DNA of 64,000 nucleotides from a virus (Duplodnaviria; Heunggongvirae; Uroviricota; Caudoviricetes): IMG/VR virus record IMGVR_UViG_3300042934_000212; one strand, 5' to 3'. Shown piece by piece: positions 46,648 to 55,369 of this stretch (position 1 is its first letter; each line of letters starts with the position of its first letter). The notes under the pieces were generated by a model. It saw only the letters and a program-made list of their open reading frames with translations, ran no database searches and was not told where the DNA came from. The position numbers and the translations under genes were made by a program.

Positions 46648-47225
46648 TTCATCGAACTCTTCAAATACGGTACTAGAATGTTAACTACTTCATGAGGTTC
46701 TAACATGTCATGAGATAGTACAACACCAACGCTAAGTGCATCGTAATTGGATAGTAGCTGTTGCATAATCCTAACCTCATCATCCAAGATTTTGTACTGT
46801 TCTTCAGATAGTACAAGCTGAACTGTCATCAACTGAAAGTACTGTTCTTCACTGAAAGGATATGGCATAAAAGTATAAGGGCTTTTACTATCCTTGGAGT
46901 TGTCTTTATCGTACAGTGCGTAATATCTTGGAAAGTCAGGTTTCCAGTGTGCTAGACGAATACTATTTTCAGTTATCGTACTGAAGTACTTGTCTTTGCT
47001 GTTATAGCTTATCTCAAAGATAGTCGTTACTGCTGAGGTATCAGGTTGAGAATAACGTAAACGTAGTATTTTTCCAGTATCTTCAAAGGGAGTTGTAATG
47101 AACTCTGCTGAATATCCGGGTGGTAACGTTGACCTGTCAACCTTATGTGGGGAAGCAGAGTACATCAAAGGTATTAAAGCTGACCATGTACCAATGAACA
47201 TATCCTGTAGTTTATCGTAATCCAT
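46644..47225 (-). CDS. FQxxT-motif paralog family member 2
   Basis: 193 aa; motif EEQYFQLMTVQLVLSEE. Confidence 0.5.
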   Translation of the reverse strand: MDYDKLQDMFIGTWSALIPLMYSASPHKVDRSTLPPGYSAEFITTPFEDTGKILRLRYSQPDTSAVTTIFEISYNSKDKYFSTITENSIRLAHWKPDFPRYYALYDKDNSKDSKSPYTFMPYPFSEEQYFQLMTVQLVLSEEQYKILDDEVRIMQQLLSNYDALSVGVVLSHDMLEPHEVVNILVPYLKSSMK

Positions 47226-47234
47226 ATCGTTCCT

Positions 47235-47750
47235 TTATAGTAGTTCTGTTAAGTTTAAAAAGTGTTCGGTAGTACGTTGAAGATACTCAGTCTTCTTACT
47301 TATGGGGTTATCTTCTTCGGATGTTATCGTTATGCAATCGTATGGAAGTTTTGCTTCCTCGTAGAAAGTACTGCACAAGGTAGATAACATCATGGGTTCA
47401 TCGTGTAACGTCATTTGCTGAAAGATGAATTCATCGTGTAATGCCATCGTGCTGTAGTTATCGTACTGGAAATCGTTAGGGGCAGTTATCGCCGGACAAT
47501 GCAGCACAGTACTCAATGGGTTCGATTTGTAGTTGGATATTTGATCCACACCAATGAATACAAATAGTTTTGGTATAGATATAGATAACCTTCTGTCTTG
47601 AATGTACGAGATATTGGTTCCATTCATCACACTCACCGGAGAATCAAAGCGAAAGTGCTTAAAGTGTTGTCCTAGAGTAAAGAACAATATATTGCCCGAA
47701 ACGGACATATCAATATATGCCCGAACGTAATCCTGTATATCCCCGAACAT
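47235..47750 (-). CDS. FQxxT-motif paralog family member 1
   Basis: 171 aa; motif DEFIFQQMTLHDEP. Confidence 0.45.
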   Translation of the reverse strand: MFGDIQDYVRAYIDMSVSGNILFFTLGQHFKHFRFDSPVSVMNGTNISYIQDRRLSISIPKLFVFIGVDQISNYKSNPLSTVLHCPAITAPNDFQYDNYSTMALHDEFIFQQMTLHDEPMMLSTLCSTFYEEAKLPYDCITITSEEDNPISKKTEYLQRTTEHFLNLTELL

Positions 47751-47956
47751 GTATAAACCCTTTTTTCTTATACGGCAATTATGCCTCGCTAAGCGTTACT
47801 GGCCTTAAGTAAGCAAAAAATAAAACCATAGTCCAATCCCTTTTAATATAGAAAAGTTAAGGGATTACCTGCACATTTTAAAAGTCAAGCGTTTTAATTC
47901 TGAGCTAACTATTTTTTGGCTATGGTATAATATGCTCTAATCCTTTGTAGGAAGCA

Positions 47957-48157
47957 CTACACGCGGCGTACAGTACAGCCAGACGTGCCATACTCTAGCT
48001 GGTACTCTGAGCCAGCACGTAGCCGCCCAAGAGCGTTACGCATTGTCTGTACCTTCTTCTTACCAATAGGTAACTGACGTTGTACTACATGCATAGCTTC
48101 TTCAGTAGTCTCCACCTCTGCAACTACATCACCGAGGCAACCGATAACAATAAACAT
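47957..48157 (-). CDS. small GC-rich hypothetical ORF
   Basis: 66 aa; AGGA SD 11 nt upstream. Codon usage (CGC, GGC, CTG) atypical for the AT-rich phage backbone. Doubtful. Confidence 0.25.
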   Translation of the reverse strand: MFIVIGCLGDVVAEVETTEEAMHVVQRQLPIGKKKVQTMRNALGRLRAGSEYQLEYGTSGCTVRRV

Positions 48158-48241
48158 AATCTTTATATCCTATTCAATAGAGTAAGCCACCAGCATTGTG
48201 CCAGTGGCTTAGGGATTTGTCAAGTACTATTGTACTTTTAA

Positions 48242-48571
48242 TTAATGCTTATCCTTCTCCAGTTCGTAACGGAAGGATACCAGATCATCGTTCAGGTAGA
48301 ACGTAGTGTGACCAGGTTTAACATCAGCGTGACCATCAACTGACTGTTTGTAGTTTGACTCCAGCCATTCCATCTGGTCTTGCTGGTCTTCAGGGTCGGT
48401 AATCCCGCACGCCATCAGCACCATCATTACCGCCAGTTGTCTAGGGTTTTCAGTACCAACCAGGTTGATTCTAATGTCCAGTACGTTGAAGCCAAAACGG
48501 TTTACAGAAACATTAACGAACGGGGTAGATGTAGCCATGATGTAAATCTCCTGGGTAATGTTGGGAAGCAC
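48242..48571 (-). CDS. hypothetical protein
   Basis: 109-aa ORF (true start probably the internal MATSTPF). Confidence 0.4.
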   Translation of the reverse strand: MLPNITQEIYIMATSTPFVNVSVNRFGFNVLDIRINLVGTENPRQLAVMMVLMACGITDPEDQQDQMEWLESNYKQSVDGHADVKPGHTTFYLNDDLVSFRYELEKDKH

Positions 48572-48597
48572 TATTGCTTCCCGATGAATGTATAATA

Positions 48598-48864
48598 CTA
48601 CTTGTTAACTTCTGCTGCAAGTACTTTTAACTTATTTTTTAACTCTTGAACATTATGAGTAACAAGAATAGTACCGCTGTTAATATAACTGAGCTTATAC
48701 ATACCATCAGCATATAATCTAATGAAGTAAGATGGTTCTGCTGCATCTTCTTCAGTATCAATAGACCAGTACTCAATCTCTGTGTCTTCATCGTCCAGCG
48801 TGTCCATCATGTTACCCAGGGCAGATTCACCAAACAACTTCTTAACCAGCGTTGTTACTTTCAT
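48598..48864 (-). CDS. hypothetical acidic protein
   Basis: 88-aa ORF. Confidence 0.4.
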   Translation of the reverse strand: MKVTTLVKKLFGESALGNMMDTLDDEDTEIEYWSIDTEEDAAEPSYFIRLYADGMYKLSYINSGTILVTHNVQELKNKLKVLAAEVNK

Positions 48865-48968
48865 GTTCTTTACTCCGTCTCGTTTCGATGTAGTAATAAT
48901 AGTACTTTCTGAAGTTTAACGCAAGCCTTTTTTAAATTAAAAGTATAATTCTTTTCTTTAAAAAGTTG

Positions 48969-48997
48969 TTGACAGTCCACCAGCACCAGGGCATAAT
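48969..48997 (+). promoter_or_regulatory. consensus sigma70-type promoter on plus strand (TTGACA-N17-CATAAT)
   Basis: TTGACA at 48969-48974, 17-nt spacer, CATAAT at 48992-48997. Points rightward, antisense to all flanking genes, directly upstream of the 16-bp inverted repeat. Confidence 0.5.
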
Positions 48998-49025
48998 TAT
49001 CATATAGACAGCGAAATGTCTTTGA

Positions 49026-49094
49026 CCCATTGGGTGCGGAGCTATATCTATTAAGTACTAAATTTTCTACAGATAGATCTCCGCACCCAATGGG
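49026..49094. repeat. perfect 16-bp inverted repeat with 37-nt spacer (long hairpin / palindromic operator)
   Basis: Arm1 CCCATTGGGTGCGGAG (49026-49041) and arm2 CTCCGCACCCAATGGG (49079-49094). The spacer itself contains partial ATCTAT/ATAGAT symmetry. Confidence 0.6.
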
Positions 49095-49130
49095 ATGAAA
49101 GCGGCGGTATCTGCCAATGAAATAAGTATA

Positions 49131-49163
49131 GCAAAAAGGGCTGACCGAAGTCAACCCCTTTAT
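49131..49163 (-). terminator. UUCG-tetraloop intrinsic terminator (repeat family)
   Basis: Minus strand GGGGUUGAC-UUCG-GUCAGCCC followed by UUUUUGC; hairpin 49138-49158. Confidence 0.65.
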
Positions 49164-49441
49164 TAAATTCTTTTTTGTGATATGGTTTAGGCTTTCCAGC
49201 TTACCATTTTATCAGACTGCCCTTTGTTGTAGGCGTCTAACAGTTCCTTGCGTTGCCAACTGTCCAGGCCGTTGAATAGTGCTTTGTTATCGGCTGATAG
49301 TACTTGACTATTGCTACCGAAGTTATACCATACTTGTTTGAGTGAATCTAGATCAACGTGGATCATATTTTGGATTCCTACATAACGATTAAAAAGATTA
49401 TATATTACTTGTTGACTTTAGTCAAACTATTTTATTAGTAC

Positions 49442-49654
49442 TTACTGCATTACTTTTGGTGTAACTTTGGTGGCGGGTTTCAGCCAGGTTTCTTGTTCGT
49501 CATTGACGCCGAAGAGATAGGCTTTCTTTAGTTCTGCTTGAATGTGTGAAGGAAGGGAATCGAATAATGCTTTATCTTCCCCGATAATTGGATTGCCTGC
49601 AACAGCTTGCTTGTACCAACGAATTTTTAGGGCTTCTACTTGACTGTTTTGCAT
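49442..49654 (-). CDS. small hypothetical protein
   Basis: 70-aa ORF. Confidence 0.35.
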   Translation of the reverse strand: MQNSQVEALKIRWYKQAVAGNPIIGEDKALFDSLPSHIQAELKKAYLFGVNDEQETWLKPATKVTPKVMQ

Positions 49655-49832
49655 TAGTGCTCTACACCTTTTGTTGTTTTCTTAAGGCTTATATTATCGG
49701 ATTCGTCTTAATCTGTCAACCGCCTTGACTAAATTAATTTTTGGTACTAGCGGTGCGATTTATCTTGACATAAAAAAAGAGGTTGACAAATTTGCCAACC
49801 TCATATATTACTAATCTAAAACGCGTAATAGG

Positions 49833-50156
49833 TTAAATGCTGTATGCTTCTACATGCTGTTGCGTAATCGCATTGCGTTGTACTGCATCCAATTTATTAA
49901 ACGCTGGCGATCCGTAAGCAGGTTCGATCTGTGTCCAGTTTTCCAGGTTAATCGCTTGACCGTATGCGATAGCCTGAAGCATACGCAAGATCCGGCGATT
50001 CTGAACATCACGAACTTCACGATCCGTTTGTGTCTCATTGGTTAACAATGATGAATCCAGTTTGAAGCGGCGACCGTTGAAATCCTGTCCAGCGATCACA
50101 TATTCCGTAATGTTATTCTTTCCTGGCGACGTCATTACAAACAAATTCATTTTCAT
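49833..50156 (-). CDS. hypothetical protein (GC-rich, host-like composition)
   Basis: 107 aa; AGGAGG SD. Preceded by TTGACA-N17-CATACT on minus strand inside a degenerate terminator-repeat copy (50196-50228). Confidence 0.45.
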   Translation of the reverse strand: MKMNLFVMTSPGKNNITEYVIAGQDFNGRRFKLDSSLLTNETQTDREVRDVQNRRILRMLQAIAYGQAINLENWTQIEPAYGSPAFNKLDAVQRNAITQQHVEAYSI

Positions 50157-50235
50157 GTAACTATCCTCCTAAAGTTCACAGTTATTAGTATGCTTTAGGG
50201 GAAGACGATTGTCAACCCCTTTTAGCTTTTTATTT

Positions 50236-51144
50236 TTAAAAAACTAATAATTCATCTGGTTCAGCGTTTTTCAGTGCATCGCGTTGATCCACCAGCTTCA
50301 TTGCCATTGACCACAAAGTACTATTCAGTGCAATGTTTTTATCAATGTTAGTTATAGCACGACTTGTGCGGCGGCGTCCAGTTTCTGGATTAAAACCTGA
50401 TTGCCCGCCTTGCATCAAATGCTGTTGCACGGTGTTAAACGTACTGTATAATGATGTATCATATTTGTCAGTAGTGTTTAACCCTTTGTGCGATAACAGG
50501 CCGCGTGGCTGAAATACTGCATTTGTGAAGTCGCCATTTAATGGAATACCTTCTTTCAGTACATAAGCAGCAATGGCGAAAGAGTCACGTTCTGAAATGT
50601 TAAGATCAATCTTTTTCATTTCATTTTTATAACGTTCAATTTCGTCAAAGTCTTTAACTACTGAATAGACGCCCTCAATAACATCGTCCATCACGCCAGT
50701 ACCTTTAGTGCCGTTTCCTTTGTGATAGATTTTAGTATTGTGTGACATTTCACCCATTACTAAACCGTTTGCACATACAAAGCGGAATTGACCAGCCATT
50801 AACTGATAAGCACTTGTACCATCATTGGCATTAACCAGGATGATTTCATTCGCTTCACCTTCTACCTGTCCAGGCTGGCGAAAGCGTAACATATGCTTAG
50901 TATAATCACGTTTAGTAGTGTCACGTACTTTTGACTGAATCGCGAACATCGGGAAATAATTTTCCTGTGCCAGACGATCAACAATGTCAATTGTTGCCAC
51001 TGGTGCGAATCTTTCAGAACGGCTTTCGTGTCCTTCAATTGCGAAGATAGAAGGAACCACTTCTAACAGTTCAGTACGATCCAACGGACGGTTTTCTTTC
51101 AGGGCGAAGCCGTTGATTCCTTGATACATTTTCTGCATGGTCAT
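50236..51144 (-). CDS. possible DUF932-family protein (mobile-element-associated)
   Basis: 302 aa. LVNANDGTSAYQLMAGQFRFVCANGLV resembles the DUF932 core (N.HDGS.A....G..R.VC.NG) as I recall it from prophage/ICE-encoded proteins. GC-richer than the phage backbone. Confidence 0.4.
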   Translation of the reverse strand: MTMQKMYQGINGFALKENRPLDRTELLEVVPSIFAIEGHESRSERFAPVATIDIVDRLAQENYFPMFAIQSKVRDTTKRDYTKHMLRFRQPGQVEGEANEIILVNANDGTSAYQLMAGQFRFVCANGLVMGEMSHNTKIYHKGNGTKGTGVMDDVIEGVYSVVKDFDEIERYKNEMKKIDLNISERDSFAIAAYVLKEGIPLNGDFTNAVFQPRGLLSHKGLNTTDKYDTSLYSTFNTVQQHLMQGGQSGFNPETGRRRTSRAITNIDKNIALNSTLWSMAMKLVDQRDALKNAEPDELLVF

Positions 51145-51209
51145 ATCCTCGATTCGTTAAGTTTTTAAATTATAATACGCTGAAGTTAGATTGTCCAGCG
51201 TATTTTAGA

Positions 51210-51407
51210 TTATTTTTTATTCAGTTCAATTGTTAATGCGTCGAACTCTACTTTTTGCTCTGGAGTGAGATCCACCAGCCAGGAGTAACTAACATCAACT
51301 GTATAGCCGAAATCAATTGCTGAAATGAGGTTATCTTCAATCAGCGGTTTAATCGTCGGATACTTGCTAGCAACTTCAGTACTGATAGTGACGACTTCGC
51401 ATTTCAT
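51210..51407 (-). CDS. small hypothetical protein
   Basis: 65-aa ORF. Confidence 0.35.
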   Translation of the reverse strand: MKCEVVTISTEVASKYPTIKPLIEDNLISAIDFGYTVDVSYSWLVDLTPEQKVEFDALTIELNKK

Positions 51408-51439
51408 TTTGTGTAACCTCGTTTCTTGTTTCGATAAAG

Positions 51440-51612
51440 TAAGTATACGCCTTTTTAGTTTATGTGCAAGCGTTTTTTAAATTAAAAGTATAATTATTTG
51501 AAAAGATTTTTATAGTACTAATACACTACCGCACCCGATGGGCTAGTGGCTTTATCTTCCAATGAAAGAAGTATAGCAAAAGGGGCTAACCGAAGTCAAC
51601 CCCTTTTATCAA
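51440..51612. repeat. long PeSL-like regulatory cassette (copy 2)
   Basis: GTGCAAGCGTTTTTTAAATTAAAAGTATAATT promoter box, CCGCACCCGATGGGCTAGTGGC box, CCAATGAAAGAAGTATAGC, and terminator GGGGCTAACCGAAGTCAACCCC (51583-51604). Confidence 0.65.
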
Positions 51613-51623
51613 GAATTTTAAAT

Positions 51624-52196
51624 TTAAATGTAGGTTACTGAATGGTCTGTTTCTTCGAAATCCATATCATTAGCGATAATACTTTCTGATACTTTTTCAT
51701 CGCTAATCAGATCATAGTAACATGTATCTAATTCGGAGTAGTATGCTTTACCCTGTTCAGTGATATAATCATCAAGCTCTTTCTGTAGTTCGTCATACAG
51801 TGCTTGCTGTTTCGGGGATAGGTCTAACTGCCAGTCGCCGTCTAAAAATGCTTCAGTAGTGTTATAATGACTATAGCGACTACCGTTATCGCGTTTCACT
51901 TCGCCCGTAATATCCTTGATGCGGATCATTTCGTGTAACTGGCGATAGTGTGACCAGCGTTTCTGACTACGCAAAAACTTTTCAATGTCAATGCTTTCAG
52001 CGGTGAAACTTGCTCCATCGCCCTGGCTGCAAAAACCTGAGTACTGAGATTCTACACCTTCAAAGCCAATAGCGTTAAGTTCTTCGTAAAACTTGCTGGT
52101 AATATGTTCGCACCATTCTGAATAATCAACGTTAATGTCTCTGTGCTTGTCCAGGGCGGTTGCTTTCTGTTTGTCGTTCAGTTCAGTGAATTTCAT
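51624..52196 (-). CDS. hypothetical acidic protein
   Basis: 190 aa, D/E-rich; no family assigned. Confidence 0.4.
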   Translation of the reverse strand: MKFTELNDKQKATALDKHRDINVDYSEWCEHITSKFYEELNAIGFEGVESQYSGFCSQGDGASFTAESIDIEKFLRSQKRWSHYRQLHEMIRIKDITGEVKRDNGSRYSHYNTTEAFLDGDWQLDLSPKQQALYDELQKELDDYITEQGKAYYSELDTCYYDLISDEKVSESIIANDMDFEETDHSVTYI

Positions 52197-52401
52197 GGCA
52201 ATCTCTCATTTAAAAGTGGTTAAGAACTATTCCTTAACCGTTGAATACATTATACAATACTACGTTTAACTTGCAAGTACTTTTTAACCTTTAATCCAAT
52301 AAACTACAAATAAAATTCCAATTAGGACTTGCACAACACGTTCCATTTTAATACTTTCAATGTGTGCAAGTGATTTAGTAGTGTATCGGACTATGTAGCG
52401 T

Positions 52402-52626
52402 TTAGTGTTCATACTGCATCGCCGCTCTTTGTAGTGGGGTATTAGCTGCACTGATTTTATCTATAATCAATGCGTCGTCAATCCCTCTGAAGTACTGCAA
52501 AGCTACGATAGTGTCAAGTTGTGTTTGATATTCATTGAAGCAGATCGACTTTAGAATATCTGAAACTTGAATTTCTTCTTCAGTTGGTTCTTCCATAAGT
52601 TTCTTGATAACATCACTAAACTGCAT
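52402..52626 (-). CDS. small hypothetical protein
   Basis: 74-aa ORF. Confidence 0.35.
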   Translation of the reverse strand: MQFSDVIKKLMEEPTEEEIQVSDILKSICFNEYQTQLDTIVALQYFRGIDDALIIDKISAANTPLQRAAMQYEH

Positions 52627-52639
52627 TATAAACTCCTTC

Positions 52640-52812
52640 TTGGTTAACTGATAATAAGTATATCACAGTGCTAATCGAAAACAAGTACTTTTTTGATTTA
52701 ATTTATAATGCTATGCTAAAGTTTATAGCTCCGCACCCGATGGGCTAGTGGCTTTATCTTCCAATGAAATAAGTATAGCAAAAGAGGCTGACCGAAGTCA
52801 ACCCCTTTATTG
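52640..52812. repeat. long PeSL-like regulatory cassette (copy 3)
   Basis: Near-identical to copy 2 (CCGCACCCGATGGGCTAGTGGCTTTATCTTCCAATGAAATAAGTATAGCAAAAGAGGCTGACCGAAGTCAACCCC). Confidence 0.65.
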
Positions 52813-52814
52813 AA

Positions 52815-53153
52815 TTATTTGCAGCGGTAAACAACTTTAGTCGGTACGAAATTGTTAGTACCTTCTTGCTTGATTGCAGTTTCCATTGTGTACCGTCCGT
52901 GAGAACGATCCAGAATAATTCGGCCAGTATCATTTCTGTAGTCATTACCATCTTTCCAAAATTCTATATCATAAGAATCAATACTTAAAATTACTTTTGG
53001 TTGTGACAGGATGATCGATCCTTCAGTTACAGGAACATCAGAGGCAATAGTATTACCATTGACGATAAGTGTTTGCGTTGAACAAGTCAGAGTTTCAGCT
53101 TGTGCAGCGAATGACAGTACAGAAACAACAGCCAGGGCGATTAACTTTTTCAT
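52815..53153 (-). CDS. secreted protein (signal peptide)
   Basis: Start set to the ATG at 53153-53151 (MKKLIALAVVSVLSFAAQA signal peptide; AGAGGA SD). ORF-track start is 53210. Confidence 0.5.
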   Translation of the reverse strand: MKKLIALAVVSVLSFAAQAETLTCSTQTLIVNGNTIASDVPVTEGSIILSQPKVILSIDSYDIEFWKDGNDYRNDTGRIILDRSHGRYTMETAIKQEGTNNFVPTKVVYRCK

Positions 53154-53185
53154 TTTAAATCCTCTTGTTTGTCTGTACTTATTAT

Positions 53186-53220
53186 AATAAAAAAGGCTGA
53201 CAAACGTCAACCTCTTTTTG
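53186..53220. terminator. bidirectional intrinsic terminator (repeat-family variant)
   Basis: AAAAAA-GGCTGAC-aaac-GTCAACCT-CTTTTT. Same GTCAACC core as the UUCG-loop terminators. Confidence 0.55.
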
Positions 53221-53221
53221 A

Positions 53222-53758
53222 TTATTCTATAGTATTATTTCTAATTGCTGATAGTATGTGTTCAAGAATATCAGCCTGTGCTACGTTATCTTGTGCTGTT
53301 ACTTCCTGCATTGCACGGTATGCGGCGAATACTGCTGATTTAAATTTAGATGGATCTACTGCTTTTAGTTCCTGTACAATACTGGTTAAGTAGTGTGGTC
53401 TATCAGCAAATACTTTTGCTAAATCCTGAGTAAGTGCTTGTACTTTGTTTCTGCTTCCATGTACTGGATCTTTTGGAACTTCCTTTGCTGGTGGCTGTTC
53501 TGCTGGTGCAACGCCTTTACCTGGCATAAGTCCTAATGATTTAAAGTACTTTAACTTTTCTTCAGGTTGCATCTTTGAAGTATCAACACCATCAGAAGGC
53601 AATGTGTTTAGTTTACCTTGAATACCTGTACCCTGATTGCGTTTACCTTTTGAACCTTGTCCGGCTTCATGACTACGTGCCGATCTGTTTTGGTTGCTCC
53701 ACTTATCACTATGTCCTGATAGTGTTGCACCGTTTTTACTTCTGAATGTTCCAGGCAT
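53222..53758 (-). CDS. hypothetical protein (Gly/Lys-rich N-terminus)
   Basis: 178-aa ORF. Confidence 0.4.
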   Translation of the reverse strand: MPGTFRSKNGATLSGHSDKWSNQNRSARSHEAGQGSKGKRNQGTGIQGKLNTLPSDGVDTSKMQPEEKLKYFKSLGLMPGKGVAPAEQPPAKEVPKDPVHGSRNKVQALTQDLAKVFADRPHYLTSIVQELKAVDPSKFKSAVFAAYRAMQEVTAQDNVAQADILEHILSAIRNNTIE

Positions 53759-53812
53759 AAAAAAATCCCCTAATGTCTATAAATTTATTATAAACATATT
53801 TAGGGGATTAGT

Positions 53813-54082
53813 CTATCTTCTTTCAATGAATTTGTTGTACTGTTCATGCGTCATTAGATTGAGTATGTTATCTTTAATAACGATCCTTTCGTTACGTGTT
53901 ACGTCCAGTACTCGAAACAGTCCACAACCTAACTTTCTTGCATGTACAGATCCACCAGCATAACTTTTTACAATGTCAATTGCTTTGTTTAAGATTTTGT
54001 CTTGTACTTTAAAATGCAATCTCAATTGTATATCTTGAATCATAACGCGTTTCATAGATACACTCTTTAAGGGGCTTGTCAA
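53813..54082 (-). CDS. small hypothetical protein
   Basis: 89-aa ORF. Confidence 0.35.
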   Translation of the reverse strand: MTSPLKSVSMKRVMIQDIQLRLHFKVQDKILNKAIDIVKSYAGGSVHARKLGCGLFRVLDVTRNERIVIKDNILNLMTHEQYNKFIERR

Positions 54083-54099
54083 GCCCCTTGTGATTGATT

Positions 54100-54543
54100 T
54101 TAAGCGGTTTTCGCGATTGACATAGCCAGACGGATAGGCATCATATTGCGGCGGTACATGACGCGTACACGCTTGTTATTGCCGGTAGTCAGTGTTTGTT
54201 CACCGATGATCCCGGCGATAACCTTACGCACTTCCTGTACTGCAACTTTCGCAACTTCAACAACTTTCTTTTCAATATTTGAAGTTGGATTTAAAAACTT
54301 AATTTTGGTTGAAACGTCAACCTTTTTTGCTGGCACTACGTCAACTGCTTTCAGTGCGGCGGCCAGGTTAGCAGAAGGTGCGGCATGTTTCTCAACAACA
54401 GGTGCGGCAACTTCTACGGCTTCAGACAGTACAGCCCAACGCTTTCCGGTTTCTGCATCTTTACCAAAGTCTTTGACTTTGCCGCCATTCTCGTTAGCGA
54501 AGTTACGGGCGATGGTTCTGGTAGCGAAGAATTCAGTTTTCAT
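54100..54543 (-). CDS. hypothetical protein (Ala/Val/Lys-rich)
   Basis: 147-aa ORF. Confidence 0.4.
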   Translation of the reverse strand: MKTEFFATRTIARNFANENGGKVKDFGKDAETGKRWAVLSEAVEVAAPVVEKHAAPSANLAAALKAVDVVPAKKVDVSTKIKFLNPTSNIEKKVVEVAKVAVQEVRKVIAGIIGEQTLTTGNNKRVRVMYRRNMMPIRLAMSIAKTA

Positions 54544-54777
54544 TTTTTAAATCTCTCTTAGTGGTTGATGTAAGTATTATATCTTAACTGCTGATTGATG
54601 CAAGTACTTTTTAAATTTAATTTTAAACTTTTCGATTTCTTCCGTAGTAACCTAACTTATGATCCAGGCTATTACGTTTGGTTAAGTAAGTGCTGTTGCG
54701 TTTCATAGTTACTTCCTTTGTTAGTTAACATTATAAAGTACTCTAATTATATAAAGTACTTTGACTAATGTCTACTA

Positions 54778-55224
54778 TTAAATGTAATTGTATTTGCTTA
54801 CATACGTTCTTATATTGCCTGATAATTCTTCCAGCATTACTCCAGCATCTTCGCCTTTATAATTGCATAGAAGTACAAAGCGAATTCCACCATCTAATAA
54901 ATCTTCAGCGGTTGAATACATAGCCTCGACTGCTGATCTATCTTCCATGTAATCACTTTCCATTAATTCTTGATGTTCTTCAGAAGTTAACGGAATATAA
55001 GTACCTGCTGCGATTGCTAATGCCTCTGCAACAACTTCGCGATACTCTCTGCGGATTTCCATTGTTTGATGTGGATCATTCGCAGCCAGGGTATCACCGA
55101 GCGTGAACGATTCGGAACTTTTGTAAACACCTGAATAGATCTCGTTCGCTGCTGCTAAACATGCGTCAATGCCGTGAGTACTTTCAAGTACTTGTAGTGC
55201 TTCCGACAGTTTCTTAATTTGCAT
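54778..55224 (-). CDS. hypothetical protein
   Basis: Start trimmed to the ATG at 55224-55222 (MQIKKLSEAL; GAGGG SD). ORF-track start is 55299. Confidence 0.4.
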   Translation of the reverse strand: MQIKKLSEALQVLESTHGIDACLAAANEIYSGVYKSSESFTLGDTLAANDPHQTMEIRREYREVVAEALAIAAGTYIPLTSEEHQELMESDYMEDRSAVEAMYSTAEDLLDGGIRFVLLCNYKGEDAGVMLEELSGNIRTYVSKYNYI

Positions 55225-55331
55225 CTTCTTACCCTCTGTGCGTTTCACCGTGAACCGCTTCAATAGATACATAATAGTCCTTTCCCTAATCGAATGCAAG
55301 TACTTTTTAAATCGAAAGTATAATTTTTGAT

Positions 55332-55365
55332 TTAAAAAAAAAGCCTCGACAATGCGAGGCTTTTC
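55332..55365. terminator. bidirectional intrinsic terminator
   Basis: AAAAAAAAA-GCCTCGAC-aat-GCGAGGC-TTTTCTG; hairpin 55343-55360. Confidence 0.6.
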
Positions 55366-55369
55366 TGTA

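Larger units (their letters stand above)
48890..49165. repeat. long PeSL-like regulatory cassette (copy 1, most complete)
   Basis: Contains, in plus-strand order: minus-strand early promoter box (gcaagcc..TTTAAATTAAAAGTATAATT); plus-strand TTGACA-N17-CATAAT; perfect 16-bp inverted repeat CCCATTGGGTGCGGAG/CTCCGCACCCAATGGG; CCAATGAAATAAGTATAGC box; UUCG-tetraloop terminator. Related copies at 51440, 52640, 57275, 59400, 62165. Confidence 0.7.

Noticed and set aside
50196-50228. Intrinsic terminator between 50236..51144 and 49833..50156
   Set aside because: Only one arm of the GGGGUUGAC stem remains and there is no T-tract. Better read as a degenerate repeat copy providing a TTGACA-N17-CATACT promoter.
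51624-52196. Anti-restriction (ArdA-like) assignment for the acidic 190-aa protein
   Set aside because: It is acidic and mobile-element-associated in context, but I could not align any diagnostic ArdA/ArdB/KlcA motif from memory. Left as hypothetical.
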